The notes under the pieces are model-generated. The model had not been told where the DNA came from. It did no database searches and saw only the letters and a program-made list of their open reading frames with translations. A program made the position numbers and the translations under genes. This document shows, one piece after another, positions 9,101-16,784 of a stretch of DNA of 40,942 bases. Within the stretch, counting starts at the first letter, position 1; every line of letters starts with the position of its first letter. Origin of the DNA: a virus; the IMG/VR virus record IMGVR_UViG_3300045988_044441, one strand, 5' to 3'.

Positions 9101-9275
9101 TCTTATATTCCTCTGTGGGAATCTTCTGGTTTTCCATCTGCCGCATCTTTTCGGTAAGATCTGCCGCTTTCTTGGCAGCCTTGGAAATTTGGTTCTCCAA
9201 ACGTAGCATCTGGCTGGATGCGTTTTTCGTATCAATTTGTGTGTTTATTCTTATGCTGCCATCATAATCTGCCAT
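6144..9275 (-). CDS. Tail tape measure protein
   Basis: 1043 aa, the largest tail gene. It has a coiled-coil N-terminus, a hydrophobic middle, a GSGGSGGSGG linker, and six 22-aa tandem repeats (..KKGWTTVSKFVGEIGKK..). Confidence 0.9.
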   Translation of the reverse strand: MADYDGSIRINTQIDTKNASSQMLRLENQISKAAKKAADLTEKMRQMENQKIPTEEYKNITDALHRSTAEFDKLLQRQQEMIARGKTSGAAWDSLDRKIEEVGADIRAAEKYQSKMAKEGTAYLDKGAIRATDAYKKMENQLHETNDQMKTLARRQEELAAKENKVSGSAKSAGKNTGNWLDNFSGKTRKASGLVSTFASRIKGVALSLFVFNWITQGWNAMISAVKDGTQNMARYSSDVNAKMSALVSAVAILKNAFGALAAPIISAVGPALTYLINMLTAAINKVNQFISALTGKKTWTKATTQTKNYAAGLDAAASKADKATKAAKKLKGQLQSFNELNVIDSNKDSGSGGSGGSGGSGGGGGVGDLYEEVPIDQNIADLADKIREAIKSGDWEGLGETIRQEITDTIGKIPWDKIYTKAENFGKDFAEFLNGLFSEDKKGNSVFTATADVIAKSLNTAIFASKGFTDKFKFKTFGKNMAHGFNEFFREFKWKQCAEAINGWVDGFWQFVIGFFSGLSWKDIFNGLSTFLSSLSSKSIATILGAAAINKFGKSMGKSLKKSVSDYFKDNGLNLTLKDAALAIGVMTVTFTVLKFLDENDIPSKIIKWIKDLPKKIMAPFGKSKGWDGKEMKLSIPISAVFDNISFKLKHIKMSDILENVFNFDEAGGFFSEMKKNFETAFDGNRKDIMDMGSYIFEGIMDGFAGAIAAIAEPFVDFFNWVVNGIKDAFGIHSPAKKMKPLGANIFLGVIDGWKEKIKSFSFSKLAKEALKLIQKGFNGAKSVVNVAISLIKKGWTTLKKFVGEIGAKAFSLAKKGWTTVSKFVGEIGKKTFSLAKKGWTTVSKFVGEIGKKGFGLKKDGWTTLNKYVGKLDKVAVKLYKSGWKSINSFVGTTVKVGIQLIKDGWSSFKNWLGIGNDNSSSKKKPSKKAGGGIYTGGMWHNIAHYAVGTENAPAGQLFIAREAGPELVGTIAGHTSVMNNDQIVASVSDGVARAVRSVMATGNQNVNVLFKVEGDPNGIFRVTQQKANEYYRATGNPAFLF
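6510..6910 (-). repeat. About six tandem 66-bp (22-aa) coding repeats inside the tape measure gene
   Basis: gtagtccagcc recurs at 6748, 6814 and 6880 (66-nt period). Peptide units: ISLIKKGWTTLKKFVGEIGAKA / FSLAKKGWTTVSKFVGEIGKKT / ... Confidence 0.85.
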
Positions 9276-9283
9276 CCGCTCAC

Positions 9284-9901
9284 CTACTTTCTGCCGCGAA
9301 TTTCTGCAATCATGTTATCATAATCGTCAATTTTGGCTTTTTCTTCTGCTGTGTACTCTCTCTTTTCTTCCGGCTGATCCAATGCATAGATCTTCTGTGC
9401 CTTGCGCAATGCCTTGCGATATTCTGCCGATGTATTGTTGTCCGGCTTCTCTTGTCGCTTCGATACCACCTGTAAAAAGCTGGATAGCTTATACGGCATA
9501 TTCCAAAGCAGACCGCAGAACATCCACCAGTGCATATCCGTGGTAGCAAGATCAACTCCGTAGATCTGCCGGAAATCAGCATAGATGCGCCATTGGTCAA
9601 CATCGTAGTCAACCACGCGTGTCTTGTCCCCGTCCGGGTCCGGGTTATCATGGAACCATCCGGAAAGGAACCACTCTACACATTCGCCAAGATCCTGTCC
9701 CTGTGGATGATCCCGAAGATACTCTTCCCCGTTCTCATCCGCATCTGCAAACATGAGCCACACGAACATATCGCTTTTCTCGTAATCCGTCAGTGCGCAA
9801 TCATATTTTGCCTGCAGCATCTGGATGCCAATCGTAAAATCTGTATTCACTTTGTACCCGTGCCACTCTTCTGGCAGATCATCAAGAAAAACATTATTCA
9901 T
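9284..9901 (-). CDS. Gp15-like tail assembly protein (second chaperone position)
   Basis: Lies between the tail chaperone and the tape measure. Trp-rich acidic protein resembling the Phage_Gp15 family. Confidence 0.5.
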   Translation of the reverse strand: MNNVFLDDLPEEWHGYKVNTDFTIGIQMLQAKYDCALTDYEKSDMFVWLMFADADENGEEYLRDHPQGQDLGECVEWFLSGWFHDNPDPDGDKTRVVDYDVDQWRIYADFRQIYGVDLATTDMHWWMFCGLLWNMPYKLSSFLQVVSKRQEKPDNNTSAEYRKALRKAQKIYALDQPEEKREYTAEEKAKIDDYDNMIAEIRGRK

Positions 9902-10466
9902 TCTTCTTTGCGTCCTTATGTTCCTGAATTAACTGGTTTTTGCTCTTGTTGTGTCTGTTTCTCCGTGCTTTACGGTTCGGAGAATACTTCCTGTGGATTG
10001 CTTCTGTTCTCGTCTTAAACAATTCGTTCATCACCGGCATTACAGTGTTCACGAAATCTACCAGAGCATCTTCATCCGGCACGAAATTCTCATTCAGTTC
10101 ATAGCACTCATGGAAAACATTTTTAATGGTATCTTTTCCAAACAGTGCATCAATTTCCCGAATCATTCCTTCCAGAATACCAATGTGCATGTTCGAAGCA
10201 TCCACGATAATATTCGTTTTCACATCGTCCGGAAGATCATCAAACTCTTTATGTTCGTATTCCTTGTACTTTTCTTTGTAGACTGCAATCTTATCCTCGC
10301 CGGAATTGACTACATCTTCCAGATTATTGGCCAGCTCCACAAATCTCTTTACTGTGGCCGCATCCGCCGTATTGATCAAAAGTGTTGTGATATGGTTCCC
10401 GTCCACGTCATTCACTTCGATTTTCTTAATTCCATTATCAAAAGAAATATTTTTAATATCTGCCAT
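9894..10466 (-). CDS. Tail assembly chaperone (by position)
   Basis: Acidic 190-aa ORF directly after the major tail gene. RBS AGAGAGGA. Confidence 0.5.
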   Translation of the reverse strand: MADIKNISFDNGIKKIEVNDVDGNHITTLLINTADAATVKRFVELANNLEDVVNSGEDKIAVYKEKYKEYEHKEFDDLPDDVKTNIIVDASNMHIGILEGMIREIDALFGKDTIKNVFHECYELNENFVPDEDALVDFVNTVMPVMNELFKTRTEAIHRKYSPNRKARRNRHNKSKNQLIQEHKDAKKNE

Positions 10467-10488
10467 AAATTACCATCCTCTCTTAATC

Positions 10489-10517
10489 CGGGGCGCGAAA
10501 GAGAGGTACGCACCCCG
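10489..10517 (-). promoter_or_regulatory. GC-rich stem-loop after the major tail gene (attenuator or mRNA stabiliser)
   Basis: Minus strand CGGGGTGCG-N11-CGCGCCCCG, a 9-bp stem with one G-U pair and no U-tract. Confidence 0.45.
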
Positions 10518-10546
10518 AATATGTTAATTTTAATTAACACCTATTT

Positions 10547-11041
10547 TTAATCAGCATCCTTTTTCTTCCAAGTGAAAGAGCCATCCGGACCGATAGTGAT
10601 TGTTCCAAGCTCCGGATCTCCATTCCCGTTGATCTGGATCGAGGATGTATGTGCATCCCCTCCGGCGCCACCGGTACTGGACGGGCACACCGTCACAGGA
10701 AACCGCATACAATCACCTGTTCCACCTGTAATATCTGTCTTGTAGAAACGGTAATAATTTGTATTGCACTTCTCACCAGTAGGCAGAGTTTTAAAAAGCG
10801 TGTCAATACATTTCTGCATCTCATCAGACAGATATTCACGGGATGGCGTCATGGAGAGCGCATATCCCTTTACCGTGTTAGATGCATTTTTCATGTTTAC
10901 ATACTGTTTAGATTCTGTGTTAGGTCCCAGATCTTCTGTGATCTCTGTGAATCCATCGCCCATCTCCGCAATTTTCTCTGCAGAGCCTGTAAGCGTTCCG
11001 ATGTCTAATAAGGACACCATGTTGGTACGATCTAATGCCAT
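10547..11041 (-). CDS. Major tail protein (by position)
   Basis: 164 aa. First gene after the head-tail connector genes and followed by a stem-loop. Confidence 0.55.
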   Translation of the reverse strand: MALDRTNMVSLLDIGTLTGSAEKIAEMGDGFTEITEDLGPNTESKQYVNMKNASNTVKGYALSMTPSREYLSDEMQKCIDTLFKTLPTGEKCNTNYYRFYKTDITGGTGDCMRFPVTVCPSSTGGAGGDAHTSSIQINGNGDPELGTITIGPDGSFTWKKKDAD

Positions 11042-11056
11042 GTATATTTCCTCCTG

Positions 11057-11515
11057 TTATTTTTTAAAAAAGTATATAAGTTGCATATTTACGCCGTATC
11101 CCATCTGCTTTTCATCCCGCATGATTGGCAGGACTACAGATGTACGGGTAATTTCCTGTAATGTCATGTGTGGATCAGCAAATTCAATCCCGGTATCTTC
11201 CAGCCATTTGCTCAAATTCTCCAGAACCATCTGTGCATCAATGGATGTTTTGTTGCTTGTTGGAGAACTGCGGTATACAATTTGGAATGGCATCTGTGCT
11301 GTATAGCTGCCACTCACATATTTCTTTATGTACCGCGCACCGGACAGTGGGTAAATTCCGATGGAAGTATCAACACTGATACTGTTCCACTTCACGTTTT
11401 TATTGCTTGCCTTAAACGTCTTGGGAAAGTTCGGATACTGCAAAATCAGATCCAGCACCGCATTCTGCGCACTTTCCGCGTCTTTTATGGTAAGTTTCTC
11501 TATCTCTTCCATCAC
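11057..11515 (-). CDS. Head-tail joining / tail completion protein
   Basis: Synteny between the coat and major tail genes. Translationally coupled to the upstream gene. Confidence 0.5.
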   Translation of the reverse strand: MMEEIEKLTIKDAESAQNAVLDLILQYPNFPKTFKASNKNVKWNSISVDTSIGIYPLSGARYIKKYVSGSYTAQMPFQIVYRSSPTSNKTSIDAQMVLENLSKWLEDTGIEFADPHMTLQEITRTSVVLPIMRDEKQMGYGVNMQLIYFFKK

Positions 11516-11946
11516 ACACCTCCAACCTCAAAATGCGGCATCACATACTCATATTTATCAACTGTTGTCACCTTGTATACAGAATCCAGATTGTCGTGCG
11601 CCCATTCGTAAATGCCGGAATCAGGAATCTCCAAGTCCATATGATCGCCATTGATGAAAAAATCATCTGTCGGGTGGAACGTGATATAGTTTGGCTTTTC
11701 ATCGTCCGGAAGAGCATCCCACGCTTTCGGCTCCATGTATGGTTTAGGTATCTTCCCCAAGTCAACAAAAAGCTTTACTGCATCCGCGCTATCCATGCCG
11801 CTCTTGGTTACATTCGCGCCCTTGGTTTCCACAAGGTTCACATTCTCCAATAAGGTCAGATAGCACTTCTCTTCCTCGGTGTCCGGATCGCAGAAGTAGT
11901 TAAACAGCGTCACCGTGTCGTTGTAAAACAATCCAAGTCCCATCAC
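11512..11946 (-). CDS. Head completion / minor capsid protein
   Basis: Synteny. 4-nt overlaps with both neighbouring genes. Confidence 0.5.
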   Translation of the reverse strand: MMGLGLFYNDTVTLFNYFCDPDTEEEKCYLTLLENVNLVETKGANVTKSGMDSADAVKLFVDLGKIPKPYMEPKAWDALPDDEKPNYITFHPTDDFFINGDHMDLEIPDSGIYEWAHDNLDSVYKVTTVDKYEYVMPHFEVGGV

Positions 11947-12350
11947 TCCACCCCCGCATAAAGCAATCCCGTGCCGGACAGATACTCACATACCGTGTCG
12001 TAGCACAACCGGTTCTGTGCCACCTTATCTCCCAGCACCTTATCAACAAGTGTCTCGTTGCTTCCAAAGCTGATAGACTGACCGCCGGAGGACATCGACT
12101 TGACGTTGCCATTCTTAGGATCATTCGCATGAGCCGTCTTGTAGTCGATCTGATAGAGCAGATCTGCAAGCGCACACGTAGCTTTCTGAATCTGCTCGTC
12201 AAATTCTTCCTTTGCAGTATCATCAATATGCCTGTAGGTCAGCTGATCCAACTTATCGGCGGCTCGGTCTTCCCACTTGGGGAAAAGGGATTCCTTGATA
12301 GAATCCCCATAGTATTTTTCTTTGTAGAAGTCATATGTGGTATATCCCAT
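11943..12350 (-). CDS. Head-tail connector protein
   Basis: Start refined to the Met at 12350 (RBS AAGGAAAGGGG). The upstream part of the ORF overlaps the coat gene. Confidence 0.5.
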   Translation of the reverse strand: MGYTTYDFYKEKYYGDSIKESLFPKWEDRAADKLDQLTYRHIDDTAKEEFDEQIQKATCALADLLYQIDYKTAHANDPKNGNVKSMSSGGQSISFGSNETLVDKVLGDKVAQNRLCYDTVCEYLSGTGLLYAGVE

Positions 12351-12366
12351 CAGAAATCCCCTTTCC

Positions 12367-13458
12367 TTATGAAAAGTCAACAAGCAGGTTCTCGTTGAGT
12401 TCCTTGATGCCGTAAATGATATCAAAAGAGATCTTGTCCTGCTTATGGTCAGAGTCGTAATCGAATACAACACGAACACCCAAGCCATCGGCAGATGCAA
12501 TGTAAGCGTTCTTGTTGCCCATCGGCAGTTCAAGGTTACGTGTTACAAGTGCAAGACCATTTCTGTGGAATCCAAGAGCGTGTGCCTTGCTTACGACAAA
12601 CGCGTCTGTTTCAGCTACAGTTTCCGGAATGTTCTGATCCACTTTTACAGTTCCAGCACCACCGGAAAGTGTCACATTGTCGGTAACAGTATACAGATAT
12701 CCATTAACAATCAGCTGATCTCCCTTGTTAATGGTTGCGGTTTCTGCCTTTCCAGAAGATACTGTGAACTGAGTGGCATCCTTGGTTCCTGCTACTTTGT
12801 ATGAAGTAGCTGTTCCTGCCTTATCATTCTGATTTTCCGGGCAGTTCTGCGACATGAAAGTTTCGCAGGTGTAAACCTTGCCAATTTCAGACTCTTTCAA
12901 GGCAATAGAATCGCCCTTGTAGCACTGTTTTGCGAAATTGTCCAGTGTGTTGTACAGGTACAGAATAGTCGGCGGAAGGACTAATCGTCTGTCTGTACGT
13001 GGGGCTTTTGCCTGATCCAGTGCTTTACCTACGCCTGCGATATCCGTAATGGCCGGTGTCTTAGATACAGTTGCTTTCTTTCCAGCCTTAGAAATGCCTA
13101 CTGCCAGAAGATCCGCATCAATCTGTTGTGCCATAGCCTGCATTGCTGGTGTTATCACCTGCTCAGAGAAGTTTTTAATGTCTAATGTCATTTCTTTAGA
13201 CCCAACATTGACCGTGATATCTCTGAATCGGTCCATCTTAACGGTTACAGAACCCTCTGTAATGTCCTGCGCTTCTGTCTGTCCCGTAAAGTTCTTAGCC
13301 ACAAACGTAGCCGGTTTTCGTACAGTGATGGTATCTCCAACCTTTACAAACTCACTGGAATAATCTCTATGTACAAGATTCGCCATTGTAAGGTTGCTCT
13401 GCAGTACCATCAATGCTTCATTTGCAATAATCTGCGGTGTTAAAATTTCGTTTGCCAT
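12367..13458 (-). CDS. Major capsid protein (P22-coat-like)
   Basis: Start at 13458 (MANEILTPQIIANEAL..., RBS GAGGAGG). The N-terminal motif ...VHRDYSSEFVKVGDTITVRKP is typical of the P22 coat family. Follows the scaffold gene. Confidence 0.8.
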   Translation of the reverse strand: MANEILTPQIIANEALMVLQSNLTMANLVHRDYSSEFVKVGDTITVRKPATFVAKNFTGQTEAQDITEGSVTVKMDRFRDITVNVGSKEMTLDIKNFSEQVITPAMQAMAQQIDADLLAVGISKAGKKATVSKTPAITDIAGVGKALDQAKAPRTDRRLVLPPTILYLYNTLDNFAKQCYKGDSIALKESEIGKVYTCETFMSQNCPENQNDKAGTATSYKVAGTKDATQFTVSSGKAETATINKGDQLIVNGYLYTVTDNVTLSGGAGTVKVDQNIPETVAETDAFVVSKAHALGFHRNGLALVTRNLELPMGNKNAYIASADGLGVRVVFDYDSDHKQDKISFDIIYGIKELNENLLVDFS

Positions 13459-13477
13459 AATATTCCTCCTCAAAAAA

Positions 13478-14089
13478 TTATTGATTCTGCTCACGCCACT
13501 TCTTGTACGTAGCAAAATCCATCTTATTCGGATCACCAGTAATCGGCTCGGTATGAGTGCCGCTTCCCATCGGTGTAGTAAATGTTGCCTGATTCTGATC
13601 GCTCTGCCGGCTCTGCTCGTCAATAAATGCGCCTGCATCATTCTTTTTTGCTTCATCCAGCAAATCATTAAAACCGATCAGTTTCCCATCCTTCACCGTC
13701 ACGCTTGCTGCAATGTCTGCCATAACAGCTTTCTTTGCAGATTCAGAAGAAAATTTAATATCCTTGAAAGCCTTTTCCAACAAATCGTTTTTATCGCGCT
13801 CGGCAATTTTGGCATTGAAATCTTTTTCTGCCTGTTCCGCTTTTCTTTTCCACTCGTCACGATCTTTCGTGATTTCGTCAAAATCTTTGCCCTCGAACCC
13901 TTTCAAGGTGTCCTCCGCGGTATCTGCGCGCTTTTTGTAGTTGTCACGCTCGGTTTCAACTTTCGAGATCTTCTTATCAAGTTCCTGCTTGGAATACAAT
14001 TCCTCACCAATACTCTTCTTGATAGATTCCTTCTGTTCGTCCGTGATCTCAAACCCAATTTTTTCCAACTCGCTGATAATCTTTACCAT
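13478..14089 (-). CDS. Scaffolding protein
   Basis: K/E-rich coiled-coil 203-aa protein directly upstream of the coat gene. Confidence 0.75.
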   Translation of the reverse strand: MVKIISELEKIGFEITDEQKESIKKSIGEELYSKQELDKKISKVETERDNYKKRADTAEDTLKGFEGKDFDEITKDRDEWKRKAEQAEKDFNAKIAERDKNDLLEKAFKDIKFSSESAKKAVMADIAASVTVKDGKLIGFNDLLDEAKKNDAGAFIDEQSRQSDQNQATFTTPMGSGTHTEPITGDPNKMDFATYKKWREQNQ

Positions 14090-14166
14090 GTCTCTTACCT
14101 CTCTCTTTCCAAGTTGTTGCTCCGGTCAGTCCGGCACAAGTGAGTTGCTATTTACTCCATAGCTGG

Positions 14167-14207
14167 CAAAAAACAAATAAAAAGGCACGCCCAAAACAGG
14201 ACGTGCC
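14167..14207 (-). terminator. Rho-independent terminator in the leader upstream of the scaffold gene
   Basis: Minus strand GGCACG-N12-CGTGCC followed by TTTTTATTTGTTTTTT. Confidence 0.7.
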
Positions 14208-14287
14208 ATATCGGTCATCCTATAATTGTTGTAGGGTAGCGAACAGATTCCTACTCTCCGTCCGGTGCTTATTTATTTGTTAAATTT

Positions 14288-14320
14288 ATTGTAACACAGG
14301 ATTATAAAAGATTTGTACCA
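14288..14320 (-). promoter_or_regulatory. Late-promoter-like element B (TGGTACAAA-N18-TACAAT)
   Basis: The plus-strand complement of the motif (tttgtacca) is at 14312..14320; attgta is at 14288..14293; the spacer is 18 nt. Confidence 0.55.
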
Positions 14321-14329
14321 ATTTTGACA

Positions 14330-14361
14330 CGCAAAAAGCGCCTGTATTTCAAGACGCTTTT
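14330..14361 (-). terminator. Weak terminator-like hairpin
   Basis: Minus strand AAAAGCG-N14-CGCTTTT followed by TGCG. The stem is AT-rich. Confidence 0.3.
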
Positions 14362-14394
14362 AACGAGTTTATGAATAAAAAGGAGGTTTAGCAG

Positions 14395-14481
14395 ATGACC
14401 AATGAGAAGAAATCCATCTGTATTATTATCATACATCATATCCGACTTGGATTTGTACCAAACTCTCAATTATCTCTTTGA
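14395..14481 (+). CDS. Questionable 28-codon ORF with a consensus Shine-Dalgarno sequence, on the opposite strand
   Basis: AAGGAGG lies 7 nt upstream of the ATG. Peptide MTNEKKSICIIIIHHIRLGFVPNSQLSL. No convincing promoter. Overlaps the 3' end of the 14466..14669 gene. Confidence 0.2.
   Translation: MTNEKKSICIIIIHHIRLGFVPNSQLSL
14428..14460 (-). promoter_or_regulatory. Late-promoter-like element D (TGGTACAAA-N18-TATGAT)
   Basis: The plus-strand complement of the motif (tttgtacca) is at 14452..14460; atcata is at 14428..14433; the spacer is 18 nt. Confidence 0.45.
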
Positions 14482-14669
14482 ATTCTATCATAAATCAGTT
14501 GCAATTCCCTGCCGGTATTACTCGGCTCATCCTCATGCTCCAGAATATCGTCGATAATCAAGTCATCTATCATCTCCAAAATATCTGTGACGCTTTTAAC
14601 AGATAACATTTCATGTATATTCAGGATATATTTTTCTAATGTCTCTATATCTTTTTTTGCAATATTCAT
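14466..14669 (-). CDS. Small acidic protein; putative immunity protein for the MuF C-terminal toxin domain
   Basis: 67 aa, D/E-rich (DDLIIDDILEHEDE). Starts 5 nt after the MuF stop codon. Confidence 0.45.
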   Translation of the reverse strand: MNIAKKDIETLEKYILNIHEMLSVKSVTDILEMIDDLIIDDILEHEDEPSNTGRELQLIYDRIQRDN

Positions 14670-14673
14670 AATA

Positions 14674-16371
14674 TCATTTCTCCCTGTGATGTGGATTTAC
14701 CTGAATCAAAGTCATAGTAACCGGATTGATTGTTACTTCTGCATTTTTGTATATAAATTTCTGACTTGCCGACGTCCCGGAATATCTCACCGGTCTAATT
14801 TCTGCTTCTGGTGATGTAAGTGCCTTTACAACATCATCCACTGTAATGCCATTTCTCCGCTGTTCAACAGATCCAATAACCCTATCTATACAATGAAGGG
14901 ATCTTCTTTTTAATTTTATACCATTTGAAGTAGTAAGTCCAACACATTTATCCTGTAATTCCATAGCTGTCTTTCGGTACATGCCATAATCTGCCAATGG
15001 TGACACATCGCCCCTCTTTACGGCCTCTGAATAATGAGTAAATAATTTCTTTTCCGACCGATCTGACATTATCCTCGTGAATTCCGATTTGCTAACCATA
15101 TTCTTACCAAGATTTGCTTCATACGATGCATACTGTTCATTCTTGTATGCCGTCGCTCTGCCGTTTGCCTTTGCCGCCTGCGGCTTCTTGAATCCGGCAA
15201 CCTTAACACGATCATACTGTCTCTGTAAGCCATTCTCCGCACAGAATACGCCATATGCACGGTTCTGATCACGAAGCCTTGAAGATAACTTATCATAATC
15301 GCTCTGCAGATTCAGATCATCCGGAAATGCTTTCATCTCCTGTTCCTTCATAAGAAGCTGGCGTTTGGTCTTTCTGATTGCCCGCTCCATCGCTCTCTGT
15401 CTCTGCTGCAGATCGTACAGTTCTTGGCTCTCATGGATATCTATCTTCGGATTGCCGTTTTCATCCACATATGGATTGCGCAAGGACTTGTGCCACGGTT
15501 TATGCGAATGTCGGCAATTATACCCGTGCAATCCCAGAGGATTAACCACATGTCCCTCTCCGGTCTGCAGATCTATATCATACCCGGTAGATTCAAGTAG
15601 ATTCGCTGTATCCGGATCAGCACCGCGAATCTTGTATACTTTCCCCTGCCACCAATCATGTGACTGCAATCCTGTAGGGTTGATCTTGTCATGCCGGGCG
15701 CCCATATGCGCGGACACCAGAACATATTCTGCCCCAGCTTCCACAATATACTTATTCGTAACCTGTGCAGCTGTCTGGTTCATGGATGTTACAATGCAAC
15801 ATCGCACGGCTGCTTCCAACGATCTCCGGGAACCGGTTGGATAATCCACACGCATACCGTTTTCTGCATACCGATCTAACACCTCACAGATTGCACTACT
15901 GTAGGACTGCAACCCACTTGCCACACGAAAATCCACTTCGTTCAGAAGATTCAGCAGATCCCGTTGCGATTGGTCTATGGTTGTGTTTGTAAGATTGCTC
16001 AACTCTCCGAATGTTTTCATCATCTCCGCATTCATGGCAGCGATCACCATGTTATTCTGCAGTGGCGGCTGCACATCTGCCAGTCGTTCAAGTACACCCT
16101 TATCGTCCGAAAACGAAGTAAGCACACTCTCTCGTAGCAACCGGCGCACTTCATTCCGGCTCTTGCCCGTCAACTCCGAAATGCGTTTTACAATCTCCTG
16201 TCGGTGCAATCCCATCTGTTGCAGTTTCCACAGTTCGCGGTCTGCGGTTCCGGATAGGCTCTCTGATTCCACCAGGCGCATGGCAATGTCCTGCAGAATC
16301 CAATCTTCCAACTCCTGGTACATCTCTATTAACTTGTCAGATTTTCCATAAAAGTAATCTGGTGTAAGCAT
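14674..16371 (-). CDS. MuF / SPP1 gp7-like minor head protein with a C-terminal toxin-like extension
   Basis: MuF-type core (...GYNCRHSHKPW). It is followed by a coiled linker and a roughly 110-aa C-terminal domain (SLHCIDRVIGSVEQRRNGITVDDVVKAL...VTINPVTMTLIQVNP) resembling DUF4258/RelE-fold toxins. Confidence 0.7.
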   Translation of the reverse strand: MLTPDYFYGKSDKLIEMYQELEDWILQDIAMRLVESESLSGTADRELWKLQQMGLHRQEIVKRISELTGKSRNEVRRLLRESVLTSFSDDKGVLERLADVQPPLQNNMVIAAMNAEMMKTFGELSNLTNTTIDQSQRDLLNLLNEVDFRVASGLQSYSSAICEVLDRYAENGMRVDYPTGSRRSLEAAVRCCIVTSMNQTAAQVTNKYIVEAGAEYVLVSAHMGARHDKINPTGLQSHDWWQGKVYKIRGADPDTANLLESTGYDIDLQTGEGHVVNPLGLHGYNCRHSHKPWHKSLRNPYVDENGNPKIDIHESQELYDLQQRQRAMERAIRKTKRQLLMKEQEMKAFPDDLNLQSDYDKLSSRLRDQNRAYGVFCAENGLQRQYDRVKVAGFKKPQAAKANGRATAYKNEQYASYEANLGKNMVSKSEFTRIMSDRSEKKLFTHYSEAVKRGDVSPLADYGMYRKTAMELQDKCVGLTTSNGIKLKRRSLHCIDRVIGSVEQRRNGITVDDVVKALTSPEAEIRPVRYSGTSASQKFIYKNAEVTINPVTMTLIQVNPHHREK

Positions 16372-16782
16372 CTATCCTTTTCCTGCCTCTCGTTTTACCA
16401 GTTCAAGCCATTGTTTTCCGTGTGTTTCCTTCGCCCGCTCGAACCAATGGTCTGTAGTTCCAGGAGTATGTTGTACAAGTGGCATCCCTGTAGGGTACTT
16501 CCGTTCTCCCTTATTCGCAAAAGATCGGCCGTCTTCCGTGAGGTACAGCTCCCCCATATACTGGTAATGTGCATATGGGGTATTCCATGCCACCTGTCCG
16601 CCATATATTCCATCTGGATAATTTGCCGATCCACGCAAGGCTCCCTGCGCCATTGGTATGTACTCGTCACAGTCTGCAACCACCTGCATATTCAACAGTT
16701 TCTGTGCATTCCGTATATTATTATCTATTCTTTTGGTGTCTATGTGGATATCTGCGCATCCCACAGTTTGGTTATACTGCAT
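16372..16782 (-). CDS. Minor capsid protein
   Basis: Start refined to 16782 (MQYNQT..., RBS GAGGAA). The motif NTPYAHYQYMGE...TTDHWFERAK resembles minor capsid families. Confidence 0.5.
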   Translation of the reverse strand: MQYNQTVGCADIHIDTKRIDNNIRNAQKLLNMQVVADCDEYIPMAQGALRGSANYPDGIYGGQVAWNTPYAHYQYMGELYLTEDGRSFANKGERKYPTGMPLVQHTPGTTDHWFERAKETHGKQWLELVKREAGKG

Positions 16783-16784
16783 GT

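Noticed and set aside
9894-9901. Programmed -1 frameshift (G/GT-type) between the two tail chaperone ORFs.
   Set aside because: The downstream ORF is offset by +1 and has its own ATG within AGAATGAATAA. I saw no XXXYYYZ slippery heptamer at the junction, so this looks like simple translational coupling.
13459-13668. N-terminal 70-aa extension of the coat ORF (12367..13668) overlapping the scaffold gene.
   Set aside because: The extension is Arg-rich and implausible. A perfect GAGGAGG RBS precedes the Met at 13458, and the coat-family N-terminus begins there.
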